In this document: in pieces, positions 13,057 through 25,250 of the stretch
How the letters are laid out: each line of letters begins with the position of its first letter
How positions within the stretch are numbered: position 1 is the stretch's first letter
Notes under the pieces: generated by a model
The model's input: only the letters and a program-made list of their open reading frames with translations
What the model was told of the DNA's origin: nothing
Databases searched by the model: none
Program-made: the position numbers and the translations under genes
NCBI RefSeq assembly: GCF_964188315.1
Contig: NC_135655.1
Location: forward strand, 111,414,001 to 111,478,000
Direction: 5' to 3'
DNA from: Podarcis muralis
Lineage: Eukaryota
Length of the DNA stretch: 64,000 nucleotides

Positions 13057-13539
13057 TGTCAGGATTAACCATCTCCCTCTCACACCAAGAGACGGGAGGC
13101 TGACGGTTTTATTGCAGTCTGATTTATTAGTGTTTACACTTAGTTTCAGTCTGAGCACACAGCTCAATCTTCCGCACCCAATGAGTCAGTTGAGCCCGCT
13201 GAAAGGCGGGCTTCCCACCAACAGGAGATCCTCCATTGGCTGCCCCTCCTCCTGTAGGATTGACGCCAAGCCTGGACTCTACTCCTCCTACTACTACGAG
13301 GAGATTCGGGAGCAGCTTGCCCATTTTGCCGCTACTCCCCTGAGAACGTGTCTGAGAGCTGCGGCCCCTCTGTCTGCCTTATGCTGTATTGGGAATTTAT
13401 GACATGCATTCCAGAACAGGGGGGCCTCTTTTCACTGTCTATATGGGAAGAAAGCAAGCCTCTGTCTCTTTCTACCTGCCACCCGCCCCCTTCATCTTCG
13501 GAGCCCTCACTGTCACCCTGGGAAGGAACCTTCCTGACA
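13057..13539 (-). mobile_element. Solo LTR (Gypsy-like), 483 bp
   Basis: TGTCAGG...CCTGACA termini; 5-bp TSD CATCT on both sides; two AATAAA near the minus-strand 3' end. Confidence 0.85.
13164..13538 (-). pseudogene. LTR-internal reading frame (124 codons, one internal TAG) ending in SP..RRRx7CWx9TDS motif
   Basis: Frame from LTR nt 2: VRKVPSQGDSEGSEDEGG...FSGE*RQNGQAAPESPRSSRRSRVQAWRQSYRRRGSQWRISCWWEARLSAGSTDSLGAED*; same motif spacing as ORFs at 52811 and 59756. Confidence 0.55.
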
Positions 13540-13954
13540 CATCTGATCTGTCTTTCAGCAAATCAAGACATAGAGCTCACACAATAACTGAACCAAGGTA
13601 ACCCAAGGGAACTTGCTCCCATGCACTGGGTGGTAAAGCATGCACATTTTGATTAAGCTAGAGGGGACAGAGAGCAAGAGAGAAGGTTGTTGTATCCAAT
13701 AGAGAAGACTGCTGCATGCAAATGACAGCCCAAATTCATGCCAGGTAGCTTAGTCATCTGTAGCATCCTGTATAGAGCAGCTTTCCACAATGCTGTCTGG
13801 AGTTGATGGTTTCTGTAGAATTTTACAGAATGTTAATTTTTTCTGTAGATTTTACCACATCTAAATAGGTTCACACAAATCTTAAACTATGGTCCTATAA
13901 ACACTGATTTTGAAATAAATGTCTCTGAACTCTTTGACGCTTATTACTGGGTAA

Positions 13955-14785
13955 TCATGAACTTTGAGCTACGAACTTCTGTGAGCTGTGAATTTACGTG
14001 AACTGTGAACTTTTTGAGTTGCACACTTTTGCGCACTGTAAACCTTTGCAAACTTTGAGCTGCAATATTCTGGAAACTGAATTTTTGTGAAGAAGCCATG
14101 AACTCATATGAGCTATGGACATTTGCAAGTTGTGAACGTTTGTGAATTGTGAACTTTTGTGAGCTCTTGAAAATATTGAGATGCAAGATTCTGGGAGCTT
14201 CGGGAATCTGTGAACTTTTGCAAACTTTGAGCTGCAACCTTCTGCGAATTGCAAATTTATTTTAGTTGCAAACTTTTGAGAACCTTGTGCTGTGAAATTC
14301 TGGGAATTTCAGGGAGCTGTGTACTTTTGTGCACTGTGAACTTTAATGAACTTTGGGATCTGATATTCTGGAAACTGAACATTTTGCGAGCGTCTACTAG
14401 TTGCGAACTTCTGTGAGATGCAAATTTTTGTGATCTTTTGATAACCTTAAACTGCGAATTTCTGTGAGTGCAAACTTTTGTGAATTTCAGGAACCTTTGA
14501 ACTAACTTTTGTAAGCTTTTCTGAATTTTGAGCTGCAAACTTCTGTGAGTTACAAACTTCTGTGGGTTGCGAACTTTTGTGAGTTGAGAACTTTTGAGAA
14601 CCCTGAACTGTGAAATTCTAGGAGCTTCAGGGAACTGCAAACTTTTGTGAACCTTTGCGTACTGCAAACTTTTGTGGACTTTGAGGTGCACTATTCTGTA
14701 TGTTATGAACTTTTGCAAGTTGTGAACTCCCAACTTTTGAGAACCTTGAACTGCAAAATTATGGGAACTTTGAGGAACTGAACTG
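13955..14785. repeat. Degenerate strand-asymmetric minisatellite (TGTGAACTTT/TGCAAACTTT-like) with higher-order blocks
   Basis: ~49-bp block aacttttgagaacc...ggaactg at 14271, 14589, 14732; second block at ~14026 and ~14325. Confidence 0.8.
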
Positions 14786-14982
14786 CTCCCTGCCACAGGT
14801 TCCTCCCGCTCACTAAACCCTGTTCTCCCTTCAGTATCCCACACCTCCTCCCAATCTTCCCCCTCTGACCTGTCCTCAGTTTCCCACCAACAATCCCCGG
14901 GCTCTAAGTCCTCCTCCTCTGGGATTTCCCTTGGAGATTCCCTGGCTGGCACCACTGCTCTTCAACCGGCCAGTCACTGACA
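14786..14982 (-). mobile_element. Truncated LTR of the same Gypsy-like class (5' part only)
   Basis: Starts TGTCAG on minus; encodes acidic Trp-rich stretch (VSDWPVEEQW, frameshift, PEEEDLEPGDCWWETEDRSEGEDWEEVW); 3' half absent. Confidence 0.65.
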
Positions 14983-16169
14983 CCTTCCCCCACGTCATGC
15001 TTTCCTTATTTATTTTAAATGCAAAATTTGGTTTGGGGGGCAGATTACAACCAGTTTTGCCTGTTTGTACTTGTAGCATCTGTACATACAGCTTTCCTCC
15101 TTGCTTCCAGTCTCTGAGACCAGCTTAAGTAAGTGGGATTCCTTGGGGTCTTCCAGGCTGTTGCTATTTTGAGGTGGGATTCAATTACATCCTCTCAAAT
15201 TCTGGTTGTTCATGATGGTTGATTGAGAGGTCTTGCACAGCAAACCTACTTCAACAAAATAATGGACTTCTTGTGTTAAGGAAAGCACTGCAAAATGTGG
15301 AATTACCTTTGATGCAACACCATCTAGCCTCCCACAAACAAATTAGGATGAATGCTCACTAAACAGCCAACCTCATCAAACCTCAACTGTGTGCATCCCA
15401 TACATTTAAACACATGGCTTCCCCAAAGAATCTTGGGGACTGTAGTCCATCCCCCCACAGTTACAATTTCAAGATCCATTAACAAACTACATTTCCCAGG
15501 ATTCTTTGGGGGATATTGGGGTTTAAATGTGCTTTAAATGTACAGTGTGTTTGCTGTTCTCTGTGGGAACAAATCACGATGAATAATCAATAAGTAGATA
15601 ACCTTTCTAATATCATGTGCATAGGGAAAATGAGATACACATCCACCCCACAGTGAGATGTCTATGAGAACCACATACATATAGAGCTGGCTGCAGGAAA
15701 GATAGAAGACTCCCCCGCTGTCTTTTTTCATGTTACCCAGGAAGCAAGAATGTACTTTGTGTTATGAATAACTTAAGCTTCTCTCACATAAACTAGACTT
15801 GGCTCCTTCCCTGGACTTAGAGAGAAACAAGATTTCTTGCTGCAGAACTTTTCTTTCCTGCTTCAGTTGCAATTTTAAATAAGGACCAAAGCGTACATTT
15901 TGCACAGAAATGTGTAACAAAAAAGCCACTGACAAATCCCACCCCCATGGAAAACAAATCTGAGTGAAAGCAATTTAGAACAAAGAAGCTAGAGGATGTG
16001 TGCTTTATTTTTTCCCTCCCTGCCCTTCTATGGCTTAAATTGCCCCCCGAGCCCCCATTGCCAACCATGTGAGCTCCTCATGAAACACTCACACTATGCT
16101 GAATTTATATACAGTACAGTATATGTTCCTCAGGTGCCAAACTCTACTCTTGTACCTTATTTGAAAAGC

Positions 16170-16410
16170 AAGGGAAAGCACATATGACTTGGATTTTAAA
16201 CAAGTTCACTGGTTGCCAATTGTTTTCCAGGTCCAATTCAAGGCACTTATTCTTATGTGCCCAAATATCAAGGAGAACACCAACTGTCCATAGCTTAAGG
16301 GCAACAGACGGCACCTGACTCATGGTTTCTACTGAGGATGAAGTGTGTAGTACAGGGGCCTGTGGAAGTGCCTTTTCAGTGGTGGCTCCACATTTGTGAA
16401 ATACCAAGCC
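16170..16410 (+). mobile_element. Old L2 ORF2 3' fragment
   Basis: cactggttgccaattgttttccaggtccaattcaag reads HWLPIVFQVQFK, matching the L2 motif seen at 19.6 kb. Confidence 0.55.
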
Positions 16411-16489
16411 GCATCATTTGTTTGTTTATTTATTTATTTTCGAGGAAATAGGTGATGAGGCATGGATCTTTCAGTCGGCTTTTCATGGC

Positions 16490-16730
16490 TGAAGGCAGAG
16501 GGCCTTTTCAGTAGTGGTGCCCTCCCTCTGGTAGTGGCGAAATCCCTCAGATCTCAAGGAAATAAAAAGCTATCTGACTTTTAGAAGACATCTGAAGGCA
16601 GCCCTGTTTAGGGAAGTTTTTAAGGATTGATGTTTTCATTATCTTTTTAGATATGTTGTAAGCCACCCAGAGCGGCTAGGGAAATCCAGCCAGATGGGCG
16701 GGGTATAAATAAAATTAGTAGTAGTAGTAG
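16490..16730 (+). mobile_element. L2-clade LINE 3' end with (TAG)n tail
   Basis: Reverse complement of the 1931/11284 family. Confidence 0.8.
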
Positions 16731-16735
16731 CAATA

Positions 16736-16987
16736 CAGTGGTACCTTGGTTTATAAACTTAATCAGTTCCGGAAGTCCGTTCTTAATCCAAAGCATTCTT
16801 AAACCAAGATGTGCTTTCCCATAGCAGCGGGGGACTCAATTTACAAATGGAACACATTAAACAGGAAGCAAAACATGTTCTGCTTCCAAGGCAATGTTCA
16901 CAAACCAAAACACCTACTTCCAGGTTTGCAGCATTCTTAATCCAAGTTGTTCATAAACTGAGCTGTTCTTAAACCAAGCTACCACTG
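16736..16987. mobile_element. Tc1/mariner (Tigger/pogo-like) MITE
   Basis: TIR CAGTGGTACCTTGGTT / AACCAAGCTACCACTG; TA on both flanks. Confidence 0.85.
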
Positions 16988-18315
16988 TAATAGTTTGACA
17001 CTGCTGCTTTTATTATGAGTTGTACTGAAATAATTGCTTTTGTGTTCTTGTATCATCTGATTGTTATGCTGTTTGTAAATCAGCCTGTGGCCTTTTGGCA
17101 AAGTGTGGTATATACATGTCTAAATAAACAAATAAATACAAAAGATGTTGCCCTAGTCTAGTTGCTAGTCATGTCATATCCTGACCATAAGTAAGAGTCC
17201 ATGGTGTATGGTGGCTGACTGTTGGTATCTCAGGCAAGCAGGTAGAGTATGAAAACATGTGCACTAGTTTTTACAGCTTTGATGCACATGAACACAACAG
17301 AAATTCACGTCAATCCTAATATCTGCATGGGCACAGACCTATGGAAAGAAAGCAATGAGTTGCAGATTCAAGAGTTCTCATATTGAATGGGGGGAAATGC
17401 AAATTAAGTTTTTAAAAGTTGCATCAAACTGAATTTTAAAGAAACAGCTAATCAACACAGTCTGATAATTATGCCCTTTCTTCCTGTTTCTATCATCATA
17501 AAGCCAATTGGGTTGCTCCTTTGTTCAGAGTGCATTCTCCAGTTTCCCACAACTCTATCTGGAAATGCAGATGAAAATGCCTGTTATCTACTGTGTGCCG
17601 AAATAATATCACTGCCATAATGGAATAATCTCTTCAGCTTTCCGCCATCGTATTTATAAGATAAATGTAAGTGCTGAGAGAGAGAGTTCTGTTGTTCCGA
17701 TGTGGAAAATCAGCACAGCTACAGGGAGAGAAGCTGAGTGAAAATGCGACACAGAGGGGTCAAGGGCAGGAGGAAGAATGTAACCCAGAGGAGATGGAGA
17801 AGGTAGGGTGAAATGGGAGGCTGCTGAGGGTGAGGGAGCCAAGAAGCCATCCTGTTCTATGTTACTCCAGAAGGCAAGGTGAGAAGCAGAGAATGGAAAT
17901 TGCAAGGAAACAGAGTTTGGTTAAATATAAAGGTGAAACCACTGAATGGTGAGGCCTGTTACAGTCCAGAAGTAGCCAAAACCATGCCTTCCACATCTTG
18001 CTCAATTCCAGCTTCCATTGATCCTATCCATCATAGTCAATGATCAGGGTTGATAAGAGTTGGAATCCAGCAACATCTAGAGGGCTCCATGTTGGCTGCC
18101 CTTGTGTTAAGATGGTGGGACAGACTCCCTAAAGTGTTGGTGGACTATCCTTTGCTAGGAAGAGAATTAGAAAGAATAGTTTCCAATGCTATAATTCTAG
18201 GAGTACAAGAAAAATAGAGAAGGAAGGAAATATCATAGTAAGGCCTAGGTAAGGAGGTGTGTGTGGTGCGAGGATCAGAGAAGGAAATTTCCAAAGCACT
18301 TTCTGACCTGCCATT

Positions 18316-18357
<42 letters not shown>
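18316..18357. repeat. (GT)n microsatellite
   Basis: Read directly. Confidence 0.95.
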
Positions 18358-18359
<2 letters not shown>

Positions 18360-19214
18360 CAGGGTGTGTGATCTATTCAATGGGAAAGGTCAAAATAATC
18401 TCATTCACCCAGCACAATACCTTTGCATGAGCCTAAGTAGTTTTTTGTTTGGGTTTTTTAAAACCCAGTCTGAGAAAATAACAGAAGCCAATGCTACTTG
18501 GCCAAAGAATACTTTGCAATTTCTTTCGTTTACAAGGAAGGCGTTTGAAAACTCAGGTGGTGAGGTCTGTTCTGATGACATCATTACAAAGCAAGGTCTT
18601 GTTAACATATGAAGCCATGTGATATTCCATTCATGCTACATCAGCTCAGAGAGGCAATTATGAAGACCATCACAATAATGGTGGTGGAGGTGGAGAAGCA
18701 TCAGGAGGAGGGAAAGGGTCTAATTAAAATACTTAAAATCCTGAAGAAGAATTTATTGACCAAGGTCAATAAGATTTGTCATTTTCAGCCCAGCAAAAGT
18801 GATAGGGCAAGAGAGCATTTCATGTTAATTAAACAACAACCAAGAAGGAAAGGGAAAAAAAACCCCACCAAATCTAGAGCAGATGTCGCTAAGCACTTTT
18901 TCATGCAGAGAATTATAATTATAAGGGCATAAAACAGCTTTACTAAATGAGGTTGCAGAGGTTAAAAGAAGTGCTGGATCAGCAAATGAAGAAAACAATG
19001 TAGGCTAACCATAGATCATGAAAATGGGCAAGAGGGGAATTGCAGAGACGTATAATAAGAGACCTAATAGAAAGAGCCATCAAGAGTTCTGGTCAATGTT
19101 TTATTGTGGTGAGGACTCAATGGGCTTTGTGCATGCCCTGTGGTTAGAAAACAGTTGTTATCAAAGTGAACTTTTTACAGTGGGGGCCAGGAGGTTGGAG
19201 GCAGGGCAAATAGA

Positions 19215-20152
19215 ATCAGGTTAGCATTTGGCTTTATCGGGAACTCAGCCAGATTGGAATCTAGATGGTACAGAGTGGCAAGATCTAAGAGCTTTGGAAT
19301 AGAGCCTTAAGAGCTTGGGTGTAACCTTCGACGACGCCCTTTCCATGGAGGCACAGGTTGCAGCCACAGGCAAAGGTGGCACTTTTCCATCTCCGCTGTA
19401 TTAAGCAGTTGGTCCCTTACCTTTTGCCCTGATCTGGGCACAGTGATCCATGCGACGGTCACCTCCAGGCTTGATTATTGTAACTCGCTCTACACGGGGC
19501 TGCCCTTGAAGCTGACCCAGAAACTCCAGCGGGTGCAGAATGCCGTGGCGAGGCTCCTTACGGGGTCCTTGCCGTGGGATCACATTCATCCAGCACTTTA
19601 CCAACTGCACTGGCTCCCAGTGGAGTACAGGGTCAGGTTTAAGGTGCTGGTTTTGACCTTTAAATCCCTATGCGGCCTAGGACCCACCTACCTACGGGAC
19701 TGCCTCTCCTGGTATGCACCAGAGAGGATCTTAAGGTCCACAAATGACAACACTTTGGAGGTCCCAAGTCGCAAGGTGGTTAGATTGGTCTCAACTAGGA
19801 CCAGGGCCTTTTCAGTACTGGTCCCAACTTGGTGGAACATTCTGTCACAAGAGACTAGGGCCCTGCGGGACTTGACATCTTTCCACAGGGCCTGCAAGAC
19901 AGAGCTGTTCCACCTGGCCTTTGATTTGGACTCAGTCTGACCCTTATGTTTCCCTCCCGTTATGGTTTTGATCTATGGGCTACTTTTAAAATGAGGCTGC
20001 ATTTTAAATTGCATTTTAACCTGTATTTTAAATTGGGGTTTTTTCTTTCTCCTCTTATGTTTTTATTGTGATTTTACTGGTGTTAGCCACCCTGAGCCCA
20101 GCTCTGGCCTTGGAGGGCAGGGTATAAATAAAAATTATCATTATTATTATTA
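19215..20152 (+). mobile_element. 5'-truncated L2-clade LINE with ORF2 C-terminal remnant
   Basis: ORF 19443-19940 has TSRLDYCNSLY, LQRVQNAVARLLTG, LHWLPVEYRVRFKVL; 3' UTR and (ATT)n tail. Confidence 0.9.
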
Positions 20153-20229
20153 TAATGGCAGAATCTGGACTTTAAAAGCTTTTCACACCCCAGTACTACT
20201 TACTTGACAGAGCATTAAAAAATACCACA

Positions 20230-20900
20230 ACTGGTTGGCAACACTACAGCGGTGTTTCCATACCTGCCTCAGTGAATTTGCAGTTTCCTGCACTGATCAC
20301 AGCATGTATGAAGGGCTACTCTCAAGGTCTGTTGTGTACCATCACCTCCATGTCTGGACTAGCTCAGAAACAGACAAAAACATATTAGAGGAGGAAGAGC
20401 CCAGCACTGATTGCAGCATCTCGTTCCACCCAGCTCCTGGTTGTTGTTTGAGCTCTGATCCTTTTGTTGTACAGCTTCTTAGCTGTGGGCATCTGCTGGA
20501 CAGCTCCATACGATGTAAAAAGGCAAAGAAACATGAAGAGGAGCTAAGCTCCTTTTTCATCTGAAATAAATGTGAGTTGTGATCCAGTCCTGGTGGATCA
20601 AGAAGGAACTTGCTCACTACAAAGGCAAGATGACAAGATGTTGCCACACATAATATCACCATGATGCAAAATGTAGATGGTATTGTGGAGTCCATTCTGA
20701 GGTAAGTTCCCAGGACATTTGTCCAGCTTTCCCAGAATTATCCAGATGGGGTAGTTGTCTGTCCCAGGTAAGATTCCAGAGTATGACCTGAGGGTAGATG
20801 ATATAACAATTGTACTGAAGTGATGCAATTCTGGATCTTGTCAGTGCCTGGATAGGGGACCAGGTAGCAATTTCCTGTATGTTGCTTTGAGTTTCATGAT
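20230..20900 (-). pseudogene. Ancient non-LTR reverse transcriptase fossil (RTE/CR1-like)
   Basis: Minus frames give NYPI..LGKL (cf. NYRPISLL..GK), KKLY (cf. LRNLY) and LQSVLGSSSSNMF (cf. PQGSVLGPLLFNIF) in RT order, broken by frameshifts. Confidence 0.45.
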
Positions 20901-22469
20901 GAAAGAAAAGTAAAATATGCATATAATTTTAAAAAATGCAAAACACATAGATTCTAAAGTGTTTTACATTGCTGTTTTTTCCTCAATTCTTTTTGATATT
21001 AATAATAAGGGGGGGATCCTAATTAGCTAAGTATCTAGGACCTCCTGTTTTTCAAAAGCCAAGCCATAGACCTCCTACTTTTGAAAATTTTTGATAACTC
21101 TATGGTGGTTTTTGTTGTGGGTCTGCTGACCACCAGTTGTGAACCACTGCTCTGTGGAAATCTTTCCCTCTATTTACTACTGCTTTAAAGATAAAGAAAA
21201 TATAAAATGTCTTGTCCATTTCCCCTTAACACATAGGCCCTAGGTAGGTTCCAAACTAATAAAATAAAGCCAGCCCCAATGAAACTATAATGCTGATAAT
21301 AAAATATAATGCATTGCATCCAAATTAAACCATGCTCATTGAAATGGGTCTACTCTGAAGATGATGTTTTAGAATGTTGTTTTCCACATTTTGCTTTCTA
21401 ACTTTCTTTATTGACATCTAATTGGTTTACTTTTTTTTTTTAAGCAGAGTCCAGCCTTCCTGCTATTGGTTGGGTGGGGAGGGGAGTTAAAACATGTGAA
21501 GATAAACAAGAAATCATTCAAAGTTCTATCCCACAATGAAGATAAGTTACATATAGTTCACCCAGAGGTTATGGGAACTACTTTTAGAGATATTTTGTTG
21601 AACGCCATTGAATTGAACCAGCTTATTCCAAGCACTGCTCTGAACAAGGACATGTTTTCTTTTTCATGTCATTCTGTAATGCATTGTGGACAGAGATTGT
21701 ACTATATAACTAAACTATGGTGATAGAAAAGCCAGTGAACCAAAGAGTCTAGGTAGGGTGGCTTTCATCTGCTATTCTCTTCCCTGGGTTGTGTTTTTGC
21801 ATCAATGCAAGGATAACAAAGGAGATGAGTGATTATTATTTTTACTATCAGTGATGTAAAGCATAAAAGTGCACGACCAAAACTGCATCGTGAACAACCT
21901 TTCAGCTTCCCCCCTTCACATCCTTTCAACCCTAACTGCATTCTGGCTCTGGACCCTAACTGAGCTTCACAAGTGTCCTTCATTTCAGCAACAACTCAGC
22001 CAATCTCACACTTGTGTGAAATTGTTATCGACAAAGTGAGATGTCGCGCAGAATAACTGACTGGGGCTGACACCTTTTATTAGGAATGTAAAAGATGGTA
22101 CATCAGCAAAAACTAAAATATAGATTATTATAGATTCACAGAAAGGAAATCCACCTTTCTTTCTGTCCAGAACATCACAGAATAGCTGATGAATATATAG
22201 TAAAAGGAGTGAAAGAAAGCAATTACTGGTGCCATCTATTGGTCAAGTAATGAACTAAATCACTAGTGTAAGCATATAGAAAGCTTTAAAAAATAGGTCT
22301 CGGTAGATATTGTTGAACACAACCCCAGTCTGTGAGCAGTGCAGGATTCCAGGGGTTCCAGGCACTTATCAAGTTCAAGTTTTCTTTGGAATGCAGTACA
22401 GCAGGAACTGTGGTACCATTATGATTTTTTGTTTATTTACACATATATGCAACCCAAGCCTATGATGGA

Positions 22470-22745
22470 GGGGTTCACAAACACCCCCAAAAGGCCAATT
22501 CACACTTCTCTGAATTTTGCAAAAATGCAGCTATCCAGCCAAGTAATATGTAAAAAAAAAAAAAAATGCATATGCCAGGCTAGTGTTTGTGTGTATGCAA
22601 ATGCATATATTAATGAAAATAACGTATGAAAATTGATTACATTTTGGTCAATTGCTTTGCAAAACTGTGTACAATAGGCAAGTTTGCATAAAAATGTGTA
22701 TATTGGGAGAAATTTGCACTACATGCTGAATTTTCATAAGGACTT
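22470..22745. mobile_element. AT-rich interspersed repeat (probable non-autonomous DNA element); relatives near 3730, 39830, 52330
   Basis: Recurrent aaaatgcatatatt/gggagaaatttgca/aaatgctgaattttcat blocks at several loci. Confidence 0.45.
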
Positions 22746-23171
22746 CTTTTTCAAAAGACAATTGCAGAACGATGTGGAAGTGTGCTTCTGGAAAAACATC
22801 GGTGGCTTCTGGAAGTGTGGCCACAGAGGCTCAGAGAGCTCATGTGAGCCAGGAACATGGTGGCTCTTCCTCTTTCTCCTGATACGGAGCGGAAGCAGTC
22901 CGCAGCCCATGGTAGTGCCAGGAGAAGGAGCCACAGACCATGGAAGCTGAGCTGCCACACAACACCTGGATATTGCAGGCGTTGTCGGTCCCCCCTAATC
23001 TCTAGCAGAGCCTAGCCAGACTCCCAATGCCTGAAGTTCCCAATCCCACCATTTCTGTATATCAACAAATGAGCAATTTAATTGATTTTGACAAATAGTA
23101 GAGATGCAATTTCAAAATCTAAAAACAATTAGTGAAATATGATACAGAGCCAGAAGAGGATAAACGTTATA

Positions 23172-23352
23172 CAGTCATGCTACACGTTGCAGCTTTTCGG
23201 GTTGCGAACATGGCAAACCTGGAAGTGTTGCACATGCGCAAAAGCACTCTGTTGCACTCCACGCTTGTGCAGAAGCGCCGCCCTAGTTGCGGACTTTTCG
23301 GGTGCAAACGGCACCCTGGAATGGATTGTGTCCGCAACTAGAGGTACCACTG
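23172..23352. mobile_element. Tigger/pogo-like MITE, diverged
   Basis: Imperfect TIR CAGTCATGCTACACGTTGC / GCAACTAGAGGTACCACTG; TA at left flank. Confidence 0.6.
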
Positions 23353-24584
23353 TGGGGTCAAATGGGTTCGGGGTGTAGGTGAAAACAGGATATAGGTATC
23401 TGAGGGGAAATGTGGAATAGTGCACATAAATTCTACTTGTAATAAAGAAAATAAACAAAAGTTACCCATTCACACGTTGCAAATGCCCCCCTCAAAAAAG
23501 AAGAAGAGGTGATCTTTGCCACATTGTGGGAATGTGAAGGGGAGAAGGAGAAATAATTCAAAATCGAATAATTTGTATTTTAATGAAACAATGGCATTCT
23601 ACTATGTCTGGGATTTTCTCATAATGTAAGTGTAAGATCTACCAAGAAAAGCCCTCCAAAGCTGTCTCTGTGTGTGAATATACACACGATTTCCTTTTCA
23701 TATAAGCTTTGGAGACAAGTATGCTATAATCCTACCAGGGGCTGGGGGTGGGTCCCATTGAAGTCAATGAGACTAATTTTTGAGTGAATATGCTTTGGAA
23801 TGTACTGTGAAGCTGCAGAATTATACTGGCAATTGTGGTCCTGTATTTCACAGGGTTGTGGTCCTTGAATTGTCCCCAGGGAAGGAGGGAGGAACACATC
23901 CAGGATTGGCGCTGAACACAATGGATTTGATTTTAATTTTATCCTTCTGATCAGGGCCTATTTTGAAAGATACAACTGAAATGCAAAAGCTCCAGGGTTG
24001 ATGTATTACATTAGCATTTCATTCTTCATTCTAGGGAACTCAGAGCAGCTGGCATGATGGCTGGCACAGACCAGCACATTTCCATTCCATGATTGTTCTA
24101 GGATTCCAACATCTGGTTGGTACTACCTCACTCTAATTACGGTGAGAAATCTGGATTTTGGAACCTAGGAGAATGAATTCTCTGCATGGGGCCTTTCCTT
24201 AAAACCAGAAAATTAGCTTCTTATTATTTTATTTCTATGTAATCGTTGCATTTTTATTTTCTAAAAGAAATACATTCTCACAGTTGCAAAGTTCTTGTGA
24301 TAGCTCTGCTGAAATTAATTGGGAAATAGAAAATGCCTAGTTGTTATGGGCAAGAGAGAGAAAAAACTGTCAGTGGTGGTACACCTCCATGTAGCATTTC
24401 TCTGATGGGGACATTCATGGAAGAAATGGTGATCACCAGCTTGCAGTTACTGGGAGGAGCTCTGGTGGTGGCGATGAGTTTCAGCCTACCTTTGAATTCC
24501 CATCCATTCCCCTGAAAAATCAATGAACTGACTGCTCCCCATGTTGCTGCCCATAAATGAAACACCAAGGGAGGAGTGCTTTCT

Positions 24585-24826
24585 GAGAGCCAGTGTGGTG
24601 TAGTGGTTAAGAGCAGTAGACTCATAATCTGGTGAACCGGGTTCGCGTCTCCGTTCCTCCACATGCAGCTGCTGGGTGACCTTGGGCTAGTCACACTTCT
24701 CTGAAGTCTCTCAGCCCCACTCACCTCACAGAGTGTTTGTTGTGGGGGAGGAAGGGAAAGGAGATTGTTAGCCGCTTTGAGACTCCTTTGGACAGTGACA
24801 TATCAAATCCAAACTCTTCTTCTTCT
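24585..24826 (+). mobile_element. Full-length Squam3-like (tRNA/MIR-derived) SINE
   Basis: gagagccagtgtggtgtagtggttaagagc head with A/B-box-like motifs; (CTT)n tail; near-identical to 27294. Confidence 0.88.
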
Positions 24827-24839
24827 GACGGGTGTCAAT

Positions 24840-25250
24840 AGTCAGTGCAAGAGCTAGGCTTTCAAAGTCAAAACCCCCAGCCCTGTGAACTGAACCCAGA
24901 AACTAATTGGCAGCCAGTGTGGTCATGTCAGAACTGGTGTTATATGGTTAGACCACCCTGCCCGGCCAACAATCTGGACTCAAATTCTGTACTGGATACA
25001 GTTTCTGAACCATCTTCCAAGTCATCTGCACATATAATGCATTGCAGTATTCCAAGCTAGACCAAAGTACAGACAACAAAGGTTAGGCTGTCCCTTTCCA
25101 GAAAGTAGCTCAGGTAGGCTACCAGTCAAAGTTGATGGATGGTACTCCAAACCACTGAGACCACTTGAGTCTCAAGCTACAGTAACAGAGCCAGAAACAC
25201 TCCCATGTAAGGAATTTTCTCCTTCATGGAGAGTGTAACCCCATCCAGTG
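24840..25250 (-). mobile_element. Old L2 ORF2 fragment
   Basis: aattggcagccagtg and gcattgcagtattccaagctaga are antisense of the HWLP and RLDYCN motifs. Confidence 0.5.

Noticed and set aside
14238-14242. CCTTC followed by TG as the matching TSD for the LTR ending at 14982
   Set aside because: Falls in the middle of the minisatellite, which continues on both sides; likely chance
14257-14955. 232-aa minus-strand ORF
   Set aside because: Chimera of a truncated LTR frame and a minisatellite strand that is intrinsically poor in stop codons; not evidence of a gene
19443-19940. 165-aa ORF as a host gene
   Set aside because: It is the C-terminal part of L2 ORF2
20235-20922. GPCR/V1R-like reading of hydrophobic segments
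   Set aside because: Ordered RT-like motifs explain the region better, and no consistent 7TM frame exists
22751-22960. ORF with signal-peptide-like start MWQLSFHGLWLLLLALPWAA
   Set aside because: Starts at GTG, is short, has no convincing splice context or recognisable homology
24585-24660. tRNA gene (also 27294 and the Sauria heads)
   Set aside because: tRNA-derived SINE heads continuous with SINE bodies; no complete cloverleaf
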